56,412 nucleotides of DNA from Lama guanicoe (Eukaryota). Where the stretch lies: positions 293,356-349,767 of the forward strand of contig MU054308.1 of the NCBI GenBank assembly GCA_013239625.1. The letters are read 5' to 3'. Positions 26,370 through 37,702 of this stretch are shown here, in pieces (the stretch's first letter is position 1; the number at the start of each line of letters is the position of its first letter). The translations under genes and the position numbers were made by a program. The notes under the pieces are model-generated. The model did no database searches and was not told the DNA's origin. It saw only the letters and a program-made list of their open reading frames with translations.

Positions 26370-27834
26370 TTTCATTTCACATTCTTGATGATGTCCTTTG
26401 TAACAAATGGTTTTAATTTTCATGAAGTCCAGTTTATCTATTTTATTTTTTAATCACTTCTGCTGTTGGTATTATATCTAGAAAGTCATAGCCTATCCTA
26501 GGACCACAAAGATTTATAGTATGTCTTCTTTTAGAAAGTTTATAGGTTTAGTTATTATGTTTCTTTCTGTGATCTATTTTGAATTAATTTTTATTTGTTA
26601 TATACAATAGGGGGTTCCAGATTCCAGATTCATTCTTTTGCCTGCAGATACCCAGGTGTCTCAGCACCATTTGTTGAATAGACTATTCTTTCAATGGAGT
26701 GTTGTTGGCACCCTTGTGAAAAACTGACTGTAAATGTAAGTTTCCCCCCCGCCCCGGATTCTTTGTTGTGTCTCAGAGATTTATGTATCCAAACTTAAGC
26801 CAGTACCATAATGATTTGAGTACTATAGATTTGTAGTAATCTTTAAAGTGAGTCGTCCAACTTTGCTCTTCTTTTTCAAGATAGTTTTGGCTGACCTGGG
26901 TCCCTTGCACTTCCATATGAATTTTGGGATCAGTTTTTCAATTTTTGCAAAGAAGCCAGCTGGAATTTTGATAGGGATTGCATCGAATTTGTAGATCACT
27001 TTGGGGAGTCTTAACATTTTTAACAATATTGTCTACCATTCCATGAACTTGGGATGTCTTCCATATATGTAGATCTTTTAAAATTTTTTTAGTGATACTT
27101 CAAAATTTTCAATGTACAAATCTGGTAAATTTTTGTTAAATGTATCTCCCATTTTATTTTTAATGCTGTTGTAAATGGAAAGACTGAGGTTCTTAAGGGT
27201 GGGACTAAATGTCAATTTGTTTATTTCTAGGATTCCTACACAGAAAATACACTAAGTATATATTTGCTACATAAATCTATCCACAACTATTCCCTCCCCG
27301 GTGTTATAAGAAACCAAGACCCAGGTTAAGCAACCTGAACACCTGTGTGGAAGTGAGAAATGAGACCCTTGGGTGGGACTTTGTGCAGATAATACTGAGA
27401 GCTTATTTAGAATGGCTTCATCTTAATTTCTTTTCAACAATCTTTTCAGTGTATATAGTCAGATACATTAAGAACATGCCCTTTGATGTGCAGAGGAGCT
27501 AAGACTATCATTTTCAAATAATTCCTAGTGAGAATGTTGTACTTGAAACCCAATTTGCATTAATCTTTGAAGATATATGTTTCAGGAGTTTTGACTAAAG
27601 AACACCTGTCTTTATTCAATAACGACAACTAAATGCTCAAGCAACATGTAAGAGTTTGGGCAAACTGCCCCCGCCCCGTAGTGCTGGTTGGTTGCAGCTA
27701 AACTGGAGTCTTACCTCTCCCAGTATGCTTGTGCTGATCTGCTCAAAACGGTTCGTCCAACAGTTTGTCTGTAGTCTGTTGGACAAAGCCATTAAACATT
27801 GATTTAAGTTTGCTGGAATGGAATATATTCTTAT

Positions 27835-27970
27835 TAATAATAAGTAAGCACATATTGAGTGCTTACTGTATGTTGGGAATTGTCACTCAGACTCACATGA
27901 ATATTATTTCTCTTAAAACCTCATATATTACCTTGTTATTCCCACTTTACAGATAAGGAAACTGAGGAAT
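27835..27970 (-). mobile_element. MIR SINE fragment
   Basis: tattgagtgcttactgtatg...ttattcccactttacagataaggaaactgagg. Confidence 0.6.
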
Positions 27971-30900
27971 AGGTCTCTATTTTGGGGGAAGCTCACTATC
28001 AATGACTGGCAGTTGTAAGGAAAAAGATATTGATTCATCCTGAGAAAACATTTTTCTGAGAGTCAGCATTGAAGAGGGTGACCACTGAAGAGGGTGATCA
28101 TTGTTTGAGTGAGACGAGCCCCGGGTTGTACGGAGTCAGCATCCCTGTCCTGGACGCTGCACGTGTAGAGCTGCGTGGTGGGTGAGGCAGCGTGGCCGTG
28201 CAGGGAACGCGGATGCCGTGCCGTTGGGCTGTGCTCAGGCCCGGTGGGGCTTTCTCCTAAGGGCAGTGGACCGTCATTGACAGATTTTAAGTAGGGGAGT
28301 CGTGTGCTCTCGTAGATCACTTTTGCACTGTAGAATGTTTAGAAACATTTAGAAGGCTTGGCAGGAGGTGATGTGATGAGTCAGAGTAGGGTGGCTGCGA
28401 GGTGTAGCAGTGTTCAATTTTCAAGTGATTTTCAGTCCCAGGTTTGTGGCTCAGTAGCCGTGTCACTTTGGATGACGCACTCAAGGAAGGGAAGCAATTT
28501 ATCTAATCAATTGAAGCAGTGATGTACCGACTTCCTAGGACTGCTGTGGAGATCCAGTGAGATAACGTGTGCACAGTGTGCAGCGTGGTCCCCAGCACAG
28601 AGTCAGTGCTGAGGGAGTGACAGTCAGTACATGGTAGGTCAGGTGTGGGTGGTGGCACCCGGTGACTGAGGAAATCAGGGCCCTGAAGGAGGGGTCCAGT
28701 CACATCTGTGAGTGATGGGCCTGAGCTGGGAGAGGCAGGGAGACCTTGCCCCACCCAGTTGCCCTGGGCAGGACGGCTATGGGAGGAGCACCGTGAAGTC
28801 AGCTCTTTGCAGGTGGAGTTGGAGGTGCCCTTGAGACATCTAAGTGCAGTGTCAGAATCACAGAGGAGTTCTCGGCCCGGGCTGTGCATTTTCCTATATT
28901 CTCAATCCCTGAGGACGCCTAGGTATTGATCACTGAACGTGAAGACATACTTGACAGGACAAGTGAATAGTACTATCATCTCTGTCATCAAAGCTCACGT
29001 CTCTTTATTATCAGTCACTTTGCTAATTGAGTACTTACAGAGATCACTTCACCATCCTCCCGTGGGCTCAGGCTCCACAGTAAAGAGCTGGTGATTCTCC
29101 CTCTTTTCCAGAAGAAGACACATTTAGCTGGTAGATTTCTATACCTCGCCAGACTTAGAATTTAAGTTTGTTGATTTAATTCTATTTTCTGTTGGTCATC
29201 TCCTGACAGGAGAGACGTTTTACCTCATGGTCAGATTTCAATTAGCTGTTACTGAGAATTGCTGATCTGATCCATAGTGTATTTATTCTTTTAACTTTGT
29301 AGAGTACTTATCATTTTTCTGTCTTTGCCCTTTAATTTTTTTTGCCCCTTCAAGTTTCTATCCTATTAGTGGCCTTATTTTTTTTAAATTAAAAAATGAC
29401 TGTTAGCAGTTAAGAAAACAAAAGCAAAGAAAAAATGCACATGAGAGCTAAATTTAGAAAACATCTAGTGTGTTTTCTGTCTCAGCAATGGAGGGTTCTA
29501 CAAACTCGTGAAAATCTTCATTACACAAGTTCCTTAAAATGCTGATTAAGAAATAAAGCCTGCCTTCCTCATCTTTCAAGCTGCACAGCTAGTTGTCAAG
29601 AAAGTGAGGGGAAATCCTCAGAAACCAAGACAAACCAGAAAGCAGGGATTCTGGGAGATCCACGAGCCATAGAAACCCTGGGGTGCCGGTTGGCTCCTGA
29701 ACTGAATTTTAGTTGCTCTGGCAGGAGGGCAGGAGGTGAGCCCCAGGCCTCTCACACTGGGAGTTAGATGGCTGTTCCTATGTAAGACCAAGCCCATCCT
29801 GAGAAGCCTGCTTTACTAAAGGGTGAATTAGGAAGAAAGAAATAAATCATTCCTCAAGGCAAGAAAGTAAGGAAAGTCAATTTTTTTGGAAGAGGGGAAA
29901 AATAACAAATCCAAAGTAAGGATTTAGTTTAAAGCTGTTCTGGCATGAGAGTGACAACAAACTCCTGGCAGAAAATCACAGCTTTTCCAGGAATGAGAAG
30001 TTGTGCTTTGAATGAATCAGTGAACAGCCATTCCGAAAAATACCTCCAGAGTTTTCTGGATCAAGATACTGGACCCAAACACTTCCCTTCTAAGGTGTCA
30101 TTTAAATAACCAGAAAGGTTCTAAAGGAAAGAAGCCATAATCATAGTTCTATTTATTGACATTACTATATGCTAGGAATTCAGAAGTGACTATGGAGTTG
30201 TCTCCTCTTTTATGGACCTTAATTTCTGTTTGTCATAGTTGGGGAGCTGGTTGGAGGGACGTGTTAGTCTGTTGCAATTAGCCAGGAAAGGACATTAAGA
30301 AAGCAGTGAAGGGTGGGTGACATTTTTAGCTGAGGACAGTCCTGTTCAGTTGGTTTTTAATTGCAGGCTCGATGAGTTGTCACTGGAGGGAATTGATCTT
30401 ACGGAGGATGGACTTAACTCAGGCCGCTTCAGAATGGACAAGTGAACCTGGAGAAAGACAGCCAAATCTGTGCAAACATTAAAGACCACGTGAACGTGCT
30501 GTATCCCTGAGCCAAAAATAGGACAAGTAGGCAGAACTTCTTGAGGACTAAGTAGTGGTTTTTAACGTTCTCCAAGAATGAATCCCAGGGAACCGGGATG
30601 GCCAGTTGTCAAACTGTGACTTTGCTCTTTGGACGGTGTACCCACCAAGGATATTGGCCGTTTATAGGTTTTCATTTCTCTTTAATACATGTCAGGTGAT
30701 GAGGACGTGGGCACAAGCATTTGACACCTTGTTGAGGTGACTTTGAGTACCTGCCTAGAAGCGTGGGCACAGCTGCGGCTGCGTCATACATCTTGCCGCA
30801 CATCCCGCTCCCCGGCTCCGTGATAATGGCAGAGTGCCTCCTTGATGACCTGTCCATCTCCTCTGTGACATTGTAACCCAACAAAAGACTAGAGTGTATT

Positions 30901-32647
30901 AGCTTGGCTTTGTTCTTCTCCATCCTTCTCTTCGAATGTTTATGACTGATAGTGGAACCAGTTATTTTAGTAGATGTTTTACAAGTAGGGCTCTCAGTAC
31001 AAACCTTGTAATCCCCGCTGTGTGATCTAGAGAAGAAAGCTACATTCTTTCGAAATAGTTTTGATGCACTTATGTGGGAAATTGTTGTAAGTTTGAATAT
31101 GTATTTCTTCTCTGATTCATCATGGCTAGAGATCAATGTGAGTAGACATGGAATGTGTTTTCTGTATTTGAACTGTATGGTCCCCTAAATTCTCCCCTGC
31201 TTTTTAAAGTCATCACTGGAGTGCTACCTCCAGAGTGTCCCAAAGCATCCACCACTGCCTGTTCTTCAGACACTGTGAGTTTCCAAGTTGGAGAAGGCTG
31301 CTGGCTGGTGAGGCATTCTCTGGTACATCTCTGGCTGGCTGATGTGGGCTTAGCACCCAAGACTTGGCAGACAGTAACTAACCACGATCACGTCCATTCC
31401 TGGAATACTCATGGAGGATTTTAGACCTATGCTATTGGCATACGTTATTTCATTTAGTTTTTTCCAATAATCATAATTAGATTTTATCACCTGTATTAAT
31501 AAGGAAACTCTCAATTCAAGTGACATGCAGACTTTGGACTGGAAAGCGGGTGTTTCTGATCCCTGTCTCTGTTCCCTCCCCGGCCTATCCTTCCAAATGG
31601 CCAGGAGACTCTTCCTCTGTTCTGAGTTTCCTGCTGATGTTACCACTCTGTTTGTATCTAGGAGAGGAAAACAAGTCTAAACTTACTTTCCAGTTGGAAA
31701 TGGAATGGAGGGTCAGCGTTGGAAGCTGGGAGAGTCTGTCCTGTGATGAAGTGCCCTCCGAGCCACTTCCACTGGGCGTCACATCACTGTCTGGGCCCCT
31801 TGCTCAGCCTGTGCACAGGTGACAGCACAGATGTGCTGAGCAGTCCTCCCAGTCAGGGCAGTGAGTTGGAAATGAGTTTAGGGATTTGGTTTCATTTCAT
31901 AGGTTTCTGAGGGCCTTGGCCTGGCACTTCGAGTGGGAGCATTCCCTGTCCCACAGACTCATGCTCTGGGCCCGTGCAGACCTGACGTGGCCTCAGCCTG
32001 AGGCTCAGGGCCCGTGGTGAAGTGGAACATTTTATTCCAGTTTCTACTGGAGGCTCTGACACTTCTGGGTCATGGGACTTTCTCCAGGATGATAATAATT
32101 CCTCCCCGAGTTTCAGATTTCCTTGCCTGTGAGCCAGGGTAGTAATAATTTCTGAGATGATTGTAATGTTTCAGTAAGGGGCGCAGCATGTGCTGCCAGG
32201 TAGCTGGTGTTTAAGGAGCAGAAGTCGCAGTCACTGTCAGCCTCTCACTGTGTGCTCTGTGCTTTGAGAAGTTGTGTGTTTGGTGAAAGTCCCGTCCAAA
32301 TCCTAGGGTCTAGATCAACTGTTGTTCCTTTACTTTCCTTCCTTTTCCTCTTTCCCTGCTCTGTGTCCCATGTTTAGGTAGCAGATTCCTCTGTTTCAGG
32401 GAATACGGGCCTTTCTAGTAAAAGGACAGGCGGAACGTGGAGAGGTTGGGCCCGGAGGGGGACTGGAGCGTCTGCACAGCACTGCTTCCCTGCGTTTCTG
32501 CATCCGATCCCTTCATTGCACGAAGTCAGCCTTCTTCTTCCTTCCTGTGTCATCGGGTCTCTGTTTAATGGGAAAATCATTTTCACGTGTCTTTTGTCAC
32601 TGACATGTTTCGTTCAAATGCTTGTTGCTTTTCTCCATGTGCTTCAG

Positions 32648-32860
32648 CGTTCCAAGGAGAGAATTCAGCAGTGCAGCATCCTCTCCGAGCTCTATGATTT
32701 GATCGGCTTCCACTGCAAGTCCGCCTCCTTCAACGGGTGGCCCCCGTGCAGTGCACGGCACACGGCATCCCGGATCCTGGCGGGAAGGCCTGCTACCGAC
32801 TCCTCCTGCAGACGCTTCCTGGCTACAGTCTGTCGCTGGACCTGCAGGACTTCAACAAAC
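32648..32860 (+). pseudogene. TRAPPC9: TRAPPC9 pseudo-exon C (about human exon 8)
   Basis: ttcag|[28 protein letters not shown], 1-nt frameshift, then [42 protein letters not shown]|gt versus recalled [72 protein letters not shown]. Confidence 0.92.
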
Positions 32861-32955
32861 GTGTTGGAACTAAAACATTGCTTCAGTCCGATTAACATGC
32901 CTGGTTTGGGCCCTGCTGTCCTGTCTCATCGGGGTGAATCCTGATTCTTGTACAA

Positions 32956-33155
32956 CAGGGCTGAGCAGAATTTTTTCTGTCAAGGGCTTGGGAGTAAATA
33001 TTTCAGGGTCTGCAAACCTCCTGCTCTCTGGTGCAGCTGCTCAGCTCTGCTCTTCAGACGCCAGAGCAGCCGGACAATCCACACAGACACATAGCTTTAT
33101 TCACAGCGGTGGCTGGGGCCGGATTGGGGGTGTGAACTGCAGTTTGTCCCCACAG
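32956..33155. mobile_element. MER58-like hAT-Charlie MITE
   Basis: cagggctgagcagaattttttctgtcaagggc...gtaaatatttcagg...ctcagctctgc...ctttatt resembles MER58A. Confidence 0.55.
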
Positions 33156-33159
33156 CCTC

Positions 33160-34140
33160 CTCACTATTAACACCTGCACCAGAGAGTGCATGTGCGACAG
33201 TTGGTGAACATACACTGACACGTCATTATCACCCAGAGCCCATACTTGACAATAGGATTTACACTTGGTGGTGTGCACTCTGTGTGTTTGGTCAGATGTA
33301 CAGTGACATATTTCCACTGTCACAGCATCATGCAGAGTAATCCGTCTTAGTGACCCTAAAAATGCTCCATGCTGCACCTCGTTCATTGCTCCTTCCCTTC
33401 TTGCCTCTGACAGCCACTGATCTTTTAGTCTCTGTGGTTTTGCCTTTCCCAGAACACCATACAGTTGGAATCAGACAGTTGCAGAACCTTCCCAGATTGG
33501 CTTCTTTCACTTAGTAATATGCATTTAAGGTTCTTCCATGTCTTTCCATGCCTTGATAACTCATTCCATTTTAACACAAATTAATAGTCCATTTTCTGCC
33601 TGGACCACAGTTTATCCATTCACCTACTGAAGAACAGCTTAGTTGCTTCTGAGTTCTGGTGATTACGAATAAAGCTGCTATTAACATCTGTATGCAGATT
33701 TGTGTGTGGACATAAGTTTCCATTTTGTAGAGTAAACACCAAGGAGCACAGTTGCCAGATCATATGGTAGGAGTACGTTTTGTTTTGTAAAAATTTGCCA
33801 GACCATCTTCCAAAGTATCTGGGCCATTTTTCATTCCCACCAGCAATGCATGAGAATTCCTGTCGCTCCACATCCTCACCAGCATTCGGTGCTGTCAGTG
33901 TTCTGCGTTTTGGCAGTTCTGACAGGTGTGCAGTGGTACCTCACTGTTTCAGTCTGCATCCCCTTGATGACAGATGCTGTGGAGCATGTTTCCATAGACT
34001 TCTTTGGCATCTAGATTCCTTCTATGATGAGGTGTGTGTTGAGGCATTTTGCTCATTTTTTAAGCAGGTTATTCATTCTTCTTGTTGAGTTTAAAGAAAT
34101 TTTGCTATTTTCTGGATATCAGCCCTTTATCAGTGTGTCC
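33160..34140 (-). mobile_element. Old LINE-1 3' fragment
   Basis: Antisense L1 motifs (cattcccaccagcaatgcatgagaattcc, ctccacatcctcaccagca, tggcttctttcacttagtaatatg). Confidence 0.75.
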
Positions 34141-36360
34141 CTGCCCTTCACCTGCAGCACCGGAGTTGTCCTTTGGGTCTCAGTGGAGTGTCAGCACTTC
34201 AAAGAGGTTCCCTGTCTTCCCTCAGCCTAAATACACTCCTTGTATTTTTCTCTTTCATTAACTCATTTTATTCTTTTTAAATAGCATTACCCACAATTTG
34301 TAAGTAAATTAAAAAAAGGCAATGATTGAACACCCCCTCCCAACCAGGCTGTGTGCCCTGTGAGAGCAGAGACCCTGTCCCCACTCACCATGTCCCATGA
34401 CGGCACATGGCACATGTCCATGTAAATGTGTGTAACATGGGGCCAAACCTGATGAGCAGCTATGACGACATTTGTTGGCTACCATTTATTGAATAGAGTT
34501 TGTTTCTTGATCTTAATTATTAAATCACATGAATGAAACATGTTTCTTTTTAAAAATAAAACAACAAAGCACACCTCCATGTGATTGGCACTTTCTACTT
34601 AGACTTCTAACCCAGGAGGGGACGTTCACCATCATTTTGTGGAGGTGGTTGGGGAGGTAAAGTAGGAGAGTGAGATCAAATAAAGTAAAAATGACAACTA
34701 TCAGCTGGCCTTGTTTTCACTAAGAAATAAAAGTTACTTTAAGCCCTATCTCAGCTGTTGTTCTGTTGTTTTAAACATTTCTTATAGAAGTAAATGGAAG
34801 CCCACTAAACCCTGAAATGGAAATTGTGTGCTCAGGTCCTGAAAAGTGTTTATGTCTATTTCTTGAGATGCACATTTTCCCTGCTGGTTAAAGAAAGTCG
34901 AGGCGGGAACACAGTCATGCACTGTGTGTGTCTGCCAGTTTCACGGACTGCTCACAGTCATTTTCATTTTCTTGTGTTGCAGTGTATGAAGGTTTTCCAT
35001 CAGACCATTTTCTCAGCCCGTTCCTGAATGAAGGATTGAATTTTCCACAGGAAATCTTATGAAAGAGAGTGACAAGGCACATGGGTTTCCCATAAAGCAA
35101 TAGTTGATATAATAAACTCTTACATTGGTGAACTTTTTGAATACAAGCGGGTTGAACATTTTATCACTAGGTCATATGCCACAAATATGTCTTAAGTTTA
35201 AAAAGATTCAGATTTTAAAGAAGAAGCAGTTTGAATCAAGTAGAAATTATAATTTGGACAATATTTGGTGTTAGAATTTATACTCAGTCTTATCATAATT
35301 TCCTGTGGTAGGAACTGGATCATTATTTATTTATTAAAAAAAAATCCACTAGGTGCTATTTGCCCCATTCTTGATGCGGCAGTGCTGAGGTTAGTTAAGT
35401 TGGGCCATTTAGGATTCTGGTCTAGGTTTTCAGGACATTGATTTCAGCCTCTTTATTTTTTTTAGAATCTCTAATTTTGTGTCGGCCTTTGGTCTTTTGA
35501 CAACATGGAAATACTGCACGGATCTCTTTCCCTTTTTTCCTGTCTTTGTGGGAAAAGATTTCTGTAAGACAGACTACTAGGACAGTAAGGATTTTGTTTG
35601 GGGTAATTTTGTCTGCTCAAATGATTTTAATTAATATGTATTAATACTTGCTATTCTGCTAATGATAGTAAAATTATAAGCTAACTAAGTATACATCAGT
35701 AAGTATAGTACAATAAGCCCATCACCCAGAATAAGGAATTCATAAACTTTTCCATATTTCCTTTATTCAGATCTTTGTTCTTTTCCTTGTCCTTTGTTGA
35801 AGTAGTTGACAGCAAATCCAAGAAGACATGTCATTTTACCCTATGTACTCAAGTAGGCATGTCTGAAAAATGAGGGCCTTTTCTTTGATCAGGTTTTTTC
35901 ATTTGACCCATGTGCTTGTTAAGTACCAGCTCTATCAGGCATCTCACTAGGCATTAAGGATACTTGGGGCAATGAGACAGTCCTGGCTCCCAAGGAAGTT
36001 AAGGGCTGATGGAAGAAACCAACACAGGAGCTTAGGTGCCTCACCTAAGGTCCCTGCGGGATGACACCAGTTGGAGAAAATTGGTGCACAATAGAGTGGG
36101 ATTCACAGGAGCGACTGGTCAGACTTGTAGTGCAGGCAGTGAGAGAGGCGGTCAGCAAGGCTACAGTAGGAGGAATCGTTTGATCAGAATCTGAAATCCT
36201 TTCCGCCAATCTTCCTACCAAGCCCACAGGGCCCATCACACACAGCCCTGTGCTGTAACTGTTTTTGATTCCTGTTACCATATATCCTTCAGGAAGGATT
36301 TTCAGGTGGAAAATATTTAAAATCAGTAATTGCTGCAAGAAGGGACATAGAAAAATAAAC

Positions 36361-36560
36361 ATGGAAACAACACAAATGTCCATCAGCACATGACTGGATA
36401 AAGAGGTGATACATATGTAAAATGGAATGCTCAGCCATAAAAGATGCCATTTGCAGCAATATGGATGGACCTGAAGACTGTCATTCTACATGAAGTGGGG
36501 TGGAATGAGAAAGAATAATGCCATATGACTTCATTTATGAGGAATCTAAATTTAATAACA
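36361..36560 (+). mobile_element. LINE-1 3' fragment
   Basis: atggaaacaacacaaatgtccatc...ccatttgcagcaatatggatggacctg...ggaatctaaa. Confidence 0.75.
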
Positions 36561-37064
36561 ATAAAAATTAGACCGCCAATGAACTAATTATTATTTTGAT
36601 TTCTTGAATATGTGTAATCACATCTGACTGTCCTTTGTGATTGGATTACCATATTCTGTTTATTATTCTTTTGTATTTGGCTCTATTCTTCTGGTAACTG
36701 TAAGTTTAAAAATCTAAAGCTCTAATCTGTTCTTAGAAACAATAATTAGTACATATATGTAAACTAAAAAATGCAGTATACTCTATAAATGTATTTAAAT
36801 GCAATATGTGTATGTGGAGTTGAACTGTAATAATTCTACCTAATAATACTGAAAAAGGAAGAAAATAAAATAATTTATTAGAAAAATAATCACCCCTCTT
36901 TAAATTTTAAAACGTTCGGTTCTGAGGTTCTGTGAAACACAACATGGAAGTAGGTTTTAAAGATTCTCTCCTTGCTCCTCAGTGAGCAGCCTGGGCTGCA
37001 CAGCTTGGCCGCCGCAGGCACCCAGAACTTGCCAGCTTGCTCCTCACTTCTTGGGAGGAAGGTT

Positions 37065-37330
37065 AGCTGCTTCAGGAATATTTATGCTCTTAGAAGTTGC
37101 TGAAAACCCCACAGAGCTTCGGTTTACATAGAGTGTATCTGTCAATATACCCCATGTTAGAAATTAGAACAGAAAATTTTAAACCCAAGAACTGATAAGC
37201 ACACGCTGTCCCAGCATGTGGTCAAAGCAGTGCTGCCACGCTGGCTTGTGTTGGTGCTAGAAAAAATGTACCGTACACTCAAGAATCAGGGTGAACCCAC
37301 AGATCTCATCTCAACAATGCTCTGAAGAGG
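37065..37330. mobile_element. Degenerate hAT-type DNA transposon fragment
   Basis: ctcttagaagttgctgaaaaccccacagagcttcggtttacat...ttagaaattagaacagaaaatttt resembles old hAT MER elements; family not assigned. Confidence 0.4.
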
Positions 37331-37663
37331 TGGGACCCAAAGGCCCTTAAACAGTGCTGAAGTCCCCAGATGTCCCAGAACACAGAGAGCCATGGTATCA
37401 AGAATCCAGTGTCTAGTGGGTCATCAGCCATGGAGACGGCATCCTGGGTCAGGAGGAGCAGAAGTAGGGATAGCAGGCACACTGTCTTATTGACAGCATA
37501 GCTTTAAATGTGTTGAATTGACTGAAAGTTTGGCAAAGATTTGCATTAAGACTACTACATTTCCTCTCCTGGAGATGTTAGAAGGATAACACTGATTATT
37601 AATAGAGGATGATTGTAATGGATTATGATTCTGATGAAATGTGCTGCGAACACTAACCCTGCA

Positions 37664-37702
37664 CTCAGTGTAGACTAAACATTTCTCAGTGTAGACTAAA
37701 CA
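37664..37702 (+). repeat. 21-bp-period short tandem duplication
   Basis: ctcagtgtagactaaaca occurs at 37664 and 37685. Confidence 0.9.

Larger units (their letters stand above)
23995..27180 (-). mobile_element. Older LINE-1 3' portion, interrupted by younger insertions
   Basis: ORF2-like peptides, e.g. 26823-27026 [47 protein letters not shown] and 25867-26079. The sequence resumes after the inserted younger L1. Confidence 0.8.
2303..32860 (+). pseudogene. TRAPPC9: Partial unprocessed (duplicated) TRAPPC9/NIBP pseudogene: three consecutive internal exons with introns
   Basis: Three AG..GT-bounded segments (2303-2423, 9045-9168, 32648-32860) translate, in the correct order, to consecutive stretches of TRAPPC9 as I recall it. 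Each carries a disabling lesion. The locus probably extends upstream of the window; the next exon (GTHRGWAAVQMRLL...) was not found downstream. Confidence 0.9.

Noticed and set aside
32516..32944. 142-aa ORF as an intact CDS
   Set aside because: It is intron sequence plus half of a TRAPPC9 exon that then runs out of frame.
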